A stretch of 32,000 nt of DNA. Source: an archaeon (GTDB lineage: Archaea > Asgardarchaeota > Thorarchaeia > Thorarchaeales > Thorarchaeaceae). Positions 1 to 8,525 of the stretch are shown here, piece by piece (position 1 is the first letter of the stretch; each line of letters begins with the position of its first letter). The notes under the pieces were generated by a model. The model ran no database searches. It was not told the origin of the DNA and saw only the letters and a list, made by a program, of their open reading frames with translations. Location: the NCBI GenBank assembly GCA_024275415.1, contig JAJRZD010000050.1, positions 25,433 to 57,432 of the forward strand, read 5' to 3'. The translations under genes and the position numbers were made by a program.

Positions 1-2366
1 GCTTGCAAATTGCCTGCGACATCAAAGAGATACAATTTATCGTTAGTTGCATCAGTCACATAGACGATATCATCATCTACTGCAATCCCAAACAGCCATG
101 AGGAAGGAACGCTCCAGTTCAGGAGAAGCGTGCCGTCTGGGGAGTATTTGAGAACATATGCAGACACTCCAGTCACGTAGTAATTGCCTTCTGAATCGAA
201 CGCTATATCTAATGGTGTGCTCAAGACATTCGTATCGATAGCATGTGTGTCGACCAGTTCATATTCCTGAATAGCAAATTTCTGAACTCGATTAGTTGAG
301 GAATCAGTAACGAGAATGCCGTCATTGGTTACACAGATGCCTATGGGGTCAACGAACTGCCCAGGGCCTGAGCCAGAACTGCCCCATTCGGATTCGAAGT
401 TGCCACTGGGGCTGAACTTCTGCACACGATGATTGTATATGTCTGTGACGTAGATACGCCCGTCTCCATCTACTGCAATATCGACAGGCCCGTTCATATC
501 TCCGGGCGCGCTCCCAGTTGTCCCCCATGTCCTTATGAATGTCCCATTAGGATAGAACTGTTGAACACGGTCATTCGTATAGTCCGCGACCAACAGGTTA
601 CCATAGGCGTCCACTGCAAGACCCGCAGGTAGGTTGAACTCGCCGGACGCAGATCCAGAGGCACCCCATTTGTTGATGAAAGCGCCGGTGCTCTTGTTCA
701 GAACCTGAATCCTGTTGTTGAAGTAGTCCGAAACAAATAGCAACCCATCTGGGGACACTGCCACACCAAAGGGATGATAGAATTCACCATCACCTGTCCC
801 ACTAGTACCAAAACTAGCCACAAAGATGCCTTCCGCAGTGAATTTCTGGACTCGGTCGTTCTCGTAGTCTGTGACATAGACAAATCCGTCCGTGTCTATA
901 GCAATACCCGTGGGCATCGAGAAATTACCTGTTTCGTTCCCGGTCATTCCCCATGATTGTATCGGTTCGAAATCATCATCGTACCGCACAACTCGATTAT
1001 TGAGGATATCAGTCATATAGATTGAGCCATCAAGTCCCATTGCTATGTCATACAGCATCTTTGCTTGGTCAAGCCCTGTTCCTGTGGTGAACTCCCATTC
1101 TCTCATGAATTGGAACTGTTCTGTACTATCAAAGGTCGTTTCTTGGTCGTCCCACGGACCACCCAGTGCAGATGCGCCCCCGAGATATTCGGTGTCCCAT
1201 GGGGCAGGAATCGGGTCGTTCTCGTAGATCCCTTGTGCTTCCCAACCGAACACCTTTTTGTCAATCCACTCGTCGGCTTCATAACCCGTATAGACCCCAG
1301 TAGTTTCTGAAAGTCCTCTCTCCCAGCTCTTGATGCCTTGATTGAGCTTGCGCACATCGAAGTCCTCGGTTTCACTATTGTAATCGAAGACAAATACACC
1401 TTGACCGTATGCAGAGGCGACGATTTCTCCATAGCCATCCTCATCAAGGTTCTGACTGGCAGTCACTGAGGTCACAGGTGCCCATATTGTATCACCACTG
1501 TTCCACCGTGGAACATAGAAGTTCTTCCTGCACGGGCATTCCTCGAAAAGATACACCTTGGAATCATAGCTCCCTGCGACAATCTCGACCAACGAGTCAT
1601 TGTCACTGTCAACGATTGCAATAGAAGATACCCTGTCCGTGATAGTATCGCCAGAGTCCCAGACAGGCTCGAACTCTAGCCAGTGTTCATCCAGACAGTA
1701 GGGATAGGCTGAACTGTCGATGTAGTCAAACACGTATATTTTCCCATCCCAAGCGCCAGCTATTATCTCGTCATGGCTGTCATGGTCAATGTCATATGCT
1801 AAGACAGACCACACTTGTCTGTCTATATACATTCCACTATCCCAGACAAGCTCCCATGGAGATGGAGTTGAAGATGGTGTGAATGGGTCATCGGCATTTC
1901 CAATCTGTTCGAACACGTAGATACGACCATCTGCGCTTCCAGCCACGACTTCGAGCTTGCCATTATTATTGGCGTCCATGAAATCAACATCCATGACATC
2001 ACCTTGGATTACGCCGTCCCCGGCATCCCATACCGGATAATACTGACGCATCTCGTCATACCATCGGAAGATGTGAACCTCTCTGTCGTTGAGGTATCCA
2101 CCAGCTGATGCCATCCATTCCTGGTCCTCAGTGACCGCAATGGCATGAGTGGAGCCTCTAACATTGTTAGGCTCCCATATCTTCTGGTACTCGTTCGTGA
2201 GGTTGAAATCGGTGTTCATCTGGTTCGTAATCGAGTCCACAAGGCCGTCGGAATGGTTTGGCGATTCTAGTGCCAGACCCTGTTCATTGAGCATGGCTGG
2301 CATAAGTGATACCAGCATCAGGGCAATGAAGCCCAATGATATCAGTTTGAGTGTCGCATGTTTCAT
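1..2366 (-). CDS. Large secreted beta-propeller protein with FG-GAP/VCBS-like and NHL repeats (3'-partial, runs off window start)
   Basis: Not in the ORF track. Manual translation from ATG at 2366 is open to base 1 (>=788 aa). N-terminus [25 protein letters not shown] is signal-peptide-like. Four repeats of type DxD/NxDxxxEI/VVAG ([95 protein letters not shown]) precede >=8 NHL repeats (e.g. [56 protein letters not shown]). ATGA overlap with the upstream stop, and GGAGGGTGAT SD-like motif upstream. Confidence 0.92.
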   Translation of the reverse strand, partial: MKHATLKLISLGFIALMLVSLMPAMLNEQGLALESPNHSDGLVDSITNQMNTDFNLTNEYQKIWEPNNVRGSTHAIAVTEDQEWMASAGGYLNDREVHIFRWYDEMRQYYPVWDAGDGVIQGDVMDVDFMDANNNGKLEVVAGSADGRIYVFEQIGNADDPFTPSSTPSPWELVWDSGMYIDRQVWSVLAYDIDHDSHDEIIAGAWDGKIYVFDYIDSSAYPYCLDEHWLEFEPVWDSGDTITDRVSSIAIVDSDNDSLVEIVAGSYDSKVYLFEECPCRKNFYVPRWNSGDTIWAPVTSVTASQNLDEDGYGEIVASAYGQGVFVFDYNSETEDFDVRKLNQGIKSWERGLSETTGVYTGYEADEWIDKKVFGWEAQGIYENDPIPAPWDTEYLGGASALGGPWDDQETTFDSTEQFQFMREWEFTTGTGLDQAKMLYDIAMGLDGSIYMTDILNNRVVRYDDDFEPIQSWGMTGNETGNFSMPTGIAIDTDGFVYVTDYENDRVQKFTAEGIFVASFGTSGTGDGEFYHPFGVAVSPDGLLFVSDYFNNRIQVLNKSTGAFINKWGASGSASGEFNLPAGLAVDAYGNLLVADYTNDRVQQFYPNGTFIRTWGTTGSAPGDMNGPVDIAVDGDGRIYVTDIYNHRVQKFSPSGNFESEWGSSGSGPGQFVDPIGICVTNDGILVTDSSTNRVQKFAIQEYELVDTHAIDTNVLSTPLDIAFDSEGNYYVTGVSAYVLKYSPDGTLLLNWSVPSSWLFGIAVDDDIVYVTDATNDKLYLFDVAGNLQ

Positions 2367-5300
2367 TTGGTATCACCCTCCTTCTTGGACGACTTGGTCT
2401 TCTTTCTGGATGAGGTTTCTTTCTTAGCAGTCGTCCTCTTCGAAGTAGTCTTCTTAGAGGTGGTTTTCTTAGAGGCAACTTTTTTCTTTTTCACGCCTGC
2501 ATCGCCGCCACGTACGATGCCCACTACGGTTCGTAGCACCGGTGGCACAATAATACCTGCGATGAATCCGACACCACCAATGATAGCAGCAACAATCCAG
2601 AATGGATACCCCTCGGTGATTGGGACTATCGGATTCTGCCCCAGCTGCACCTCCTCAAAGTCTGAGATGCCATCATTATCTGTGTCCGCATCTGTTGGAT
2701 CAGTCCCGTAGACATTTACTTCTTCACCATCAGATAGGCCATCTCCGTCGCTGTCAGGGTTATCAAACCCTCCGGGAGCTCCTGTCCAGTGCCATATGCC
2801 CCGTGAGTCATTTCCGATGGGCAATGGGGCCATCCATGTCTTCTCGAAGTAGAATTCCTCGCCATCTGAGAGACCATCGCCATCGAAGTCGTACTCGAAT
2901 CCGTCTGCGATACCATTACCGTTCTCGTCCCATTCTAGGGGGTCGGTGCCGTACACTAACTCGAGACCGTCCGGCAGGTAGTCATTATCTGTATCGCTGT
3001 CATTCACATCAGTCGGGTATAATGGCCAGTATGACCCATTGTCCTGAGAAAGTAAATACCCTGGTGGGGTTGTCGCACTCGGAGGTGTTGTATGCGCAGT
3101 CACGCCTTCCCAAGATTCCAAGTTGTCAGGAATCTCATCGCCATCCGTGTCATTTGACATCGGATCCGTATGCGTGACATAGATTTCATTGTAGTCATTG
3201 ATGTTATCATCATCGCTGTCCGGATCATTCGGATACGTGCCGTACTGGAGTTCAAGTCCATCGTCAAGCCCGTCTGAATCTGTATCATTCTTGACAGGAC
3301 ATGAGCCATATCGCAAGACGATAGTAAGCGCCTCATACGGATAAGTGATGATACTGATGTTCTCGAGTATCATCTCTTGCCCATCCAACAGCGTGTCACC
3401 GTCAGTGTCGTTGTTGAGCGGGTCTAGTGGGATGGGGTCATGACCCGGCCATCCCAGTCCAAGGTATATCTCCTGCGAATCGGTAAGGCCATCAGCGTCA
3501 GTATCAACTGTGATTGGTGAGGTATTATAGTCAAGAACCTCGTCACCATCTCCAAGAGGCAATGTCATGGAACCATTCTCGTTTGGATAGTCTAAAGAGT
3601 CATGGTCAGTATCCCAATCCAGAGGATCTGTGTTGTATACGAGGAGTTCCTCACCATCTCCTAAACGGTCTTCGTCAGTGTCCCACAGACGCGGGTCAGT
3701 GTGCGAAGTGAAGACCTCATAACCGTCGATTAACCCGTCACCGTCAGTGTCGGGTAGTAGTGGATCAGTGAGATAAATGAGTATCTCTTCGCCATCTGTA
3801 AGCCCATCCGCATCAGAATCACGTACAAGTGGGTTGCAGTAGAAGAAGAACAGCTCCTCACCATCAGAGAGACCGTCCATGTCTGTGTCGTTGCTGACCG
3901 GATTAGTACCGTAGAGGTAGTATTCATCCCCATCGAGCACCATGTCATTGTCACTGTCAGGATTTCGTGGATCTGTAGGCAGCATCCAGTCCTCGTAGTC
4001 TGGCAGGTGGTCGTTGTCAGTGTCCGGGTTCTGAGCATCAGTCCCTGAACCACCAGGACCTATCTGTTCATACCCGTCCTTGAGCCCATCTGAGTCTTGG
4101 TCTCCATTTGTGGGATCCCATTGTGGATCACGAGCAAGCTCATTCCCATCAGTGAGGTAGAGTGCTACAGCACCCCATGCGGTGTCATTGTCGGTGTCGG
4201 GGTTGCAGGGATTCGTCTTTACCAGCTTGACCTCTGGATAACCCTCGGCATCAGGAATCTCTGCTATCTGACCCTTCACCTCAGTGCCATCATGGAGATC
4301 CCAGATATAGTCGTCAGTAGGATAGAAGGGATCGTTCCAGTCACCTGAGAAGAGCCATGCTACGCTGTCATCGTCCGTATCAGCGTCGAGTGGGTGTGTC
4401 CATCTGAAATTGACATACTGGTAGAGTTCCACTTCGGTTTCATTCATGTACTCGACGCCATTACTCCACTCCTCACCGTCCAATAGACCATCGTTATCGG
4501 TATCCGGATTGAGTGGATCAGTATGGTCGTCGTAGGTGACACCCCCAATCTCGACTGATCCCACTGCACCGTAGGTTCCCTTAGTTAGTGACACATCATA
4601 GGCGGTATTCACCTCGTACCAATCATAGAGCATATCGCCATCAGTATCGATGAGGAAGGGCGAGGTGTGGTATACCTTGCACTCTTCATAGTCTGTGAGG
4701 TTGTCACGATCGGTATCGTTCAAGAGGGGATTTGTCTTAAAAATCTCATATTCTTCTTGATCTGTAAGAAGGTCACCGTCCGTATCTACTTTCCAAGGAG
4801 CTGTGTTGAGTTCCAGTTCCAATTTATCGTTGAGCCCATCACCGTCAGTATCAGCATTGTTTGGGTCAAGGAATGTGGATGAATCAGCAAGGGCGAACTC
4901 TGGAAGCGTGCCATAGAGGAGGGACATCCTGTTCTCGAAGTCGTCAGGCAATCCGTCCGCATCCGAATCTGTTAGGTCTGCCGCCTCATCGCCATATGTG
5001 TCCGAGCCCCACGATGCGGAGAGATCCATGGTTGTCGTCCATGGACCACCAAAGTGCGTGCCGAACGACGTGAAGAAGAGATCCACTCCGAAGTAGAGCG
5101 AGCAATAGAGCGTGATATAGATCCCGATAGTCGAAGTAGAGATATCACTCAGGGTACGTATGATTACAGGGTCGGGGTCATCTGCTAAAGCCATTAGGGC
5201 CGACCCTGAGAGGATTCCGGATCGCTGTTCGAACCTGAGTCCCACTTTAAACGTTCCTTGAAACACACAAATGAGGATACGTATGCTAAGGGTCACACCA

Positions 5301-7111
5301 ACTATGATATCCAAAAGAAGAGTCGATAAGGCTGGTAGTCCTTGCCCTTGATACTTCTTGCTAATCTCGAAGACCAGCGATAAGGTAAGAGTAATTGACA
5401 CTGAGAGCAGTTCAGAGAACCACTCCAATATCGTACTTATGACACCACCAGGTCCAGGCGCGAGGAATGCAGAGATACTCAGGCTGAAGTCAGCATCAAG
5501 CTCGAAACGAAGTCCCCACTCACGCACATCTATGAAGCCCCGTTCAGTGTTGGATGCATCAATAGGTGGGAATGCAAGTTGCATCCATGCATGACCGAAG
5601 AAGTCAATGGTGAACTGTGCCATGAGTCCTTGTACCCAGTCATTTCCTGTCGGTAGGAAGGCACAGATACCCATTTCAATGTCCATAACCGGAATTACAT
5701 CAATGAACCTGCGGAGTTCGGTAAATCCTGCACGGACATCACCAAAGTCTGCAATGTCCACACCGCCAAGAACCGCTTCGTTCATGAAAGTTTCAAAGGC
5801 AGTCTTGTCAATCTCAAAGTCTGGAAGAAGCTTGATACGCAGAACCGCACCAAAGCTAGCGAAATTAGAACCGAGGTTCAGTGGAGTTCCGAGTCTAAAG
5901 AGAAAGACGGGAATAAGGCCTGCAAGGTCTGTCTGAACTGGGGTATTGATAATCTGGTTGAAGAAGTCCCCGATGTAGTCATCTACATCATACCACGAGT
6001 CTAGGATAAGCTGATCGATGAGTGACCAGAGCTCAAACATCTGTCGGGGGAGGAGTTCTGGCATCCAAGTGGCGAAATCGTGGTTGGTGACATTGAAACC
6101 TTGGTCGGTGAACCAATTCTGAAGTTCATCGCGAGCGTCCTCTATGACGCCCTGCATGTAATTGTTTAGTTCTTCAGCAGCATCAACGTGAATGCTCAAA
6201 TCTTGGAATCCTAGGTCTATCAGGGAATACAGAACAGTGTCAATAAGCCATCCAAGAGGCCCACCAACGCCGCTTGTGGGAGCCATCTCTCGTAGACCGA
6301 TGTAGTCTTCTCCTTGAGATGGGATCCCCAACCGCATTATAGGTTCAAGCTCCTCTCCTTGGTCATTGTATTGCTTTTCCTCAACGACCCATGACTCGGT
6401 GAGTGCAGGATCAGTAATTGGATCAGGAACATGCTCCCCGGTATAGACTTCGGGCATGACACCCTTTGCAAAGTACTCGTTGATGTTATCAGCAAAATCA
6501 CGAAGAACGTCTTCTCTGAGGTTCTCGCCAGTTCGGGACCATTTTGGTCTGTCCGAAAGCGACATTGTGTCAGCGATTGTCCAGATAGAATAGAGCCTAC
6601 CTAACCGGACATCAAGAACTTCTGCATCATCGACATGAAGGTTCGCGGCATCTCCCATGAAATCCTTCAATCGGTAGGCACTTCCAATGCCAAAGATGTG
6701 CTCGATAAATGAGTATTTGCCAATAACATCAGCAACCTCCTTCCACGGAACAGGGATGTCACGAATCACGATGCCATCCTGATTACTTTGGAAATAGTAT
6801 ATTGCATAGTCTGGACGGTAACGGTCTAATTCAGCATCGAGTAACAAGATTGATGAGATATCGAAGGACTCGACCAAGATTCCTTGTTTCACGAGGGGAC
6901 TGATCGTTTCAATGACCATGCTCTTAGATTCCTCACACTCTTTGTCGTAGTAGATATGTACAAGTGCGGGATTGTATTCGGCTATTTCCGGTTCCGTTGG
7001 TTCTGGCAGTGCTGACGCAGAAACAGGGAACATCAATGATGAGCTAAGGAGTATCATCATAGTGATGATGACTACTAGCTTACGTACTCCTATTTTCAAA
7101 TTAACCTGCAA
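2363..7111 (-). CDS. Giant cell-surface protein (~1580 aa): signal peptide, unknown N-terminal and beta-rich domains, ~26 thrombospondin type 3-like Ca-binding repeats, C-terminal TM anchor, Lys-rich tail
   Basis: TTG start (7111, or alternative TTG at 7099). Signal peptide [29 protein letters not shown] ends in an AxA site. Repeated D[TS]DxDGLxDGxE motif; TM segment [23 protein letters not shown]; basic tail [24 protein letters not shown]; many NxS/T sequons. Confidence 0.93.
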   Translation of the reverse strand: MQVNLKIGVRKLVVIITMMILLSSSLMFPVSASALPEPTEPEIAEYNPALVHIYYDKECEESKSMVIETISPLVKQGILVESFDISSILLLDAELDRYRPDYAIYYFQSNQDGIVIRDIPVPWKEVADVIGKYSFIEHIFGIGSAYRLKDFMGDAANLHVDDAEVLDVRLGRLYSIWTIADTMSLSDRPKWSRTGENLREDVLRDFADNINEYFAKGVMPEVYTGEHVPDPITDPALTESWVVEEKQYNDQGEELEPIMRLGIPSQGEDYIGLREMAPTSGVGGPLGWLIDTVLYSLIDLGFQDLSIHVDAAEELNNYMQGVIEDARDELQNWFTDQGFNVTNHDFATWMPELLPRQMFELWSLIDQLILDSWYDVDDYIGDFFNQIINTPVQTDLAGLIPVFLFRLGTPLNLGSNFASFGAVLRIKLLPDFEIDKTAFETFMNEAVLGGVDIADFGDVRAGFTELRRFIDVIPVMDIEMGICAFLPTGNDWVQGLMAQFTIDFFGHAWMQLAFPPIDASNTERGFIDVREWGLRFELDADFSLSISAFLAPGPGGVISTILEWFSELLSVSITLTLSLVFEISKKYQGQGLPALSTLLLDIIVGVTLSIRILICVFQGTFKVGLRFEQRSGILSGSALMALADDPDPVIIRTLSDISTSTIGIYITLYCSLYFGVDLFFTSFGTHFGGPWTTTMDLSASWGSDTYGDEAADLTDSDADGLPDDFENRMSLLYGTLPEFALADSSTFLDPNNADTDGDGLNDKLELELNTAPWKVDTDGDLLTDQEEYEIFKTNPLLNDTDRDNLTDYEECKVYHTSPFLIDTDGDMLYDWYEVNTAYDVSLTKGTYGAVGSVEIGGVTYDDHTDPLNPDTDNDGLLDGEEWSNGVEYMNETEVELYQYVNFRWTHPLDADTDDDSVAWLFSGDWNDPFYPTDDYIWDLHDGTEVKGQIAEIPDAEGYPEVKLVKTNPCNPDTDNDTAWGAVALYLTDGNELARDPQWDPTNGDQDSDGLKDGYEQIGPGGSGTDAQNPDTDNDHLPDYEDWMLPTDPRNPDSDNDMVLDGDEYYLYGTNPVSNDTDMDGLSDGEELFFFYCNPLVRDSDADGLTDGEEILIYLTDPLLPDTDGDGLIDGYEVFTSHTDPRLWDTDEDRLGDGEELLVYNTDPLDWDTDHDSLDYPNENGSMTLPLGDGDEVLDYNTSPITVDTDADGLTDSQEIYLGLGWPGHDPIPLDPLNNDTDGDTLLDGQEMILENISIITYPYEALTIVLRYGSCPVKNDTDSDGLDDGLELQYGTYPNDPDSDDDNINDYNEIYVTHTDPMSNDTDGDEIPDNLESWEGVTAHTTPPSATTPPGYLLSQDNGSYWPLYPTDVNDSDTDNDYLPDGLELVYGTDPLEWDENGNGIADGFEYDFDGDGLSDGEEFYFEKTWMAPLPIGNDSRGIWHWTGAPGGFDNPDSDGDGLSDGEEVNVYGTDPTDADTDNDGISDFEEVQLGQNPIVPITEGYPFWIVAAIIGGVGFIAGIIVPPVLRTVVGIVRGGDAGVKKKKVASKKTTSKKTTSKRTTAKKETSSRKKTKSSKKEGDTK
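2421..2480 (-). repeat. Four degenerate 15-nt tandem units encoding the (S/A)K(K/R)xx Lys-rich tail
   Basis: + strand units TTCTTAGCAGTCGTC / CTCTTCGAAGTAGTC / TTCTTAGAGGTGGTT / TTCTTAGAGGCAACT at 2421, 2436, 2451 and 2466. Confidence 0.75.
2651..4969 (-). repeat. Protein-level array of ~26 TSP3-like (DxDxDGLxDGxE) repeats
   Basis: Counted by eye from [12 protein letters not shown] to [12 protein letters not shown]. The typical unit continues ...Y-x-T-[DN]-P-x-x-x into the next repeat. DNA is degenerate, so this is a protein-level repeat. Confidence 0.9.
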
Positions 7112-7261
7112 CTCGATGACACCCCAATGGGTTACACAAAGAAAGAATATGCTCTGGATATTATCCGCTCTAATTCCGCGTGGATATCAAAGTGTATAGC
7201 GTGCTTATTACGTACATGAATCCTATCCAAATGGCGCATCCTTCTCTCCCAAGTGACTAAC

Positions 7262-7310
7262 ACCAATCACATTAATGGTAATTTAATCGATTACCCACAT
7301 TGGTATATAA
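7262..7310. promoter_or_regulatory. Candidate operator: nested inverted repeats next to a TATA-like element upstream of the surface-protein operon
   Basis: GGTAAT-N7-ATTACC (7277-7295) is nested in ACCAAT (7262-7267)...ATTGGT (7299-7304). The adjacent TATATAA (7304-7310) reads TTATATA on the minus strand. Confidence 0.35.
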
Positions 7311-7376
7311 TGATTATGATTTCATTCACCGCTCATCTATACAATCTGAGTCCTTTTGGGCCAAATGTCCCGAAGG

Positions 7377-7409
7377 AAAAAAGAAAGACTGGGGAACTCC
7401 CCAGCCTTA
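7377..7409 (-). terminator. Hairpin plus U-tract intrinsic terminator
   Basis: Minus strand reads AAGGCTGGGG-AGTT-CCCCAGTCTT followed by TCTTTTTTT. This is a 10-bp stem with one G-U pair, ~20 nt after the stop of the 63-aa gene. Confidence 0.8.
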
Positions 7410-7429
7410 GTTTGATTGATTGCTGAATC

Positions 7430-7621
7430 CTATTCTTCAGTTTCTTCTTCTGACTCGGGTTCTTCCGGCTTTTCTTCTTCTTCCTCTTTTTCGACCTTTT
7501 TGGCACTCACTGCAACGGGCTTCTCAGCTTTCCTGCTACAGACAACGGATGGAGCGAATACCAATGCAAGAAGAATCGCCACTAGGGCTGCTGATATTAT
7601 GATCAAATATGATTCCTCCAA
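7430..7621 (-). CDS. Small single-pass membrane protein with acidic C-terminal tail
   Basis: TTG start; hydrophobic helix YLIIISAALVAILLALVFAPSVV, then basic patch and Glu-rich tail; followed by a clear terminator. Confidence 0.75.
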   Translation of the reverse strand: MEESYLIIISAALVAILLALVFAPSVVCSRKAEKPVAVSAKKVEKEEEEEKPEEPESEEETEE

Positions 7622-7836
7622 ACATGCTTTCTGGTTCGAGGGGTTCTGTTACATGTTCTTAACACTTTCGAGTATCTATTCGTCCTTGGTTCCGTCATGT
7701 ACATCTGTCATCGTGTTCAACTCGCAATCAACGGCAAGACCTCTTCAAACATACATCCTCCGTGAACCAAAGGGACAAGAATAAATATCCAAAAGATGCA
7801 ATGATGAATTATCTTAAATAGATACATTCCTCAAAA

Positions 7837-7859
7837 ATGTTGTATTAAACCTACAACAT
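7837..7859. promoter_or_regulatory. Perfect 8-bp inverted repeat bracketing a TATA-like box upstream of the TPR gene
   Basis: ATGTTGTA-ttaaacc-TACAACAT; TATTAAA at 7843-7849; GAGGT SD-like motif just before TTG 7890. Confidence 0.5.
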
Positions 7860-7889
7860 ACAGCAACTCCAAGACAAAGAGGTTAGAAC

Positions 7890-8525
7890 TTGAAACACAA
7901 CGACGGTCCTGATTCGGGACACCTCCTCGATATCGCCAACAGATTCATGAATGAGTTGAAGTTCAGCGATGCTATCGAAGCATTGGAGAGGGCTGCGCAT
8001 ATCGATCCAAACAATCGAACATTATGGGATCGACTAGTGATCTGTAACCTTGAGTTGAAGCGGCCAAAGAAAGCTCTTGAAGCGATGAATTTCATCCTAC
8101 AGATTGATCCTAATGCATACCAAATCTGGACTGAGAAAGCGTACCTTCACTTTCTGCTTCAGGAACACAAAGAAGGAATCGATGCTCTCCAGACGAGCCT
8201 TACTTTGAATCCCAAGAATTACCGTGATTGGTTCTTACTTGGTTCTGTCTATATTGCGGGAGAGGAATGGGATGAGGCTCGATGGGCACTCCATAATGCA
8301 CTTCAGCTCAATCCAAACGATTCAAAGCTCTGGTATAACCTTGCTGTAGTCAATTTCATGCTGGGCGATCTTGGTGCGGCTGCTGGAGCTGCCGAGCTTG
8401 CTAAGGCAATAGATCCGACTCTGGAGATATCTGAGATTGGATGGCTAGAGGAACTGATAGATTCCACAAACTTCTTTGGTGATCATGGTGACTCATTGAG
8501 CTTTGATCTCGCTGCCGGAGGTTAA
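7890..8525 (+). CDS. Tetratricopeptide repeat (TPR) protein
   Basis: About five 34-aa TPR units (A..ALERA..IDPNN..LW; A..AMNFILQIDPNAYQIW; ALQTSLTLNPKNYRDWFLLG; ALHNALQLNPNDSKLWYNLA). TTG start preceded by GAGGT. Confidence 0.92.
   Translation: MKHNDGPDSGHLLDIANRFMNELKFSDAIEALERAAHIDPNNRTLWDRLVICNLELKRPKKALEAMNFILQIDPNAYQIWTEKAYLHFLLQEHKEGIDALQTSLTLNPKNYRDWFLLGSVYIAGEEWDEARWALHNALQLNPNDSKLWYNLAVVNFMLGDLGAAAGAAELAKAIDPTLEISEIGWLEELIDSTNFFGDHGDSLSFDLAAGG

Noticed and set aside
2651-4969. Regularly spaced GTCGTT/ATCAGT/GTGTC-like DNA recurrences that could suggest a CRISPR or tandem DNA array
   Set aside because: They are degenerate codons of the DxDxD protein repeat. There are no identical 25-45 nt repeats with unique spacers, and no cas genes.
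7633-7639. GGTTCGA tRNA T-loop-like motif in intergenic DNA
   Set aside because: No T-stem closure, acceptor stem or anticodon arm can be formed around it.
7416-7784. 122-aa + strand ORF across the small membrane gene
   Set aside because: It is the Ser/Phe-rich reverse complement of the Glu/Lys-rich minus-strand gene, which has the TM helix and its own terminator.
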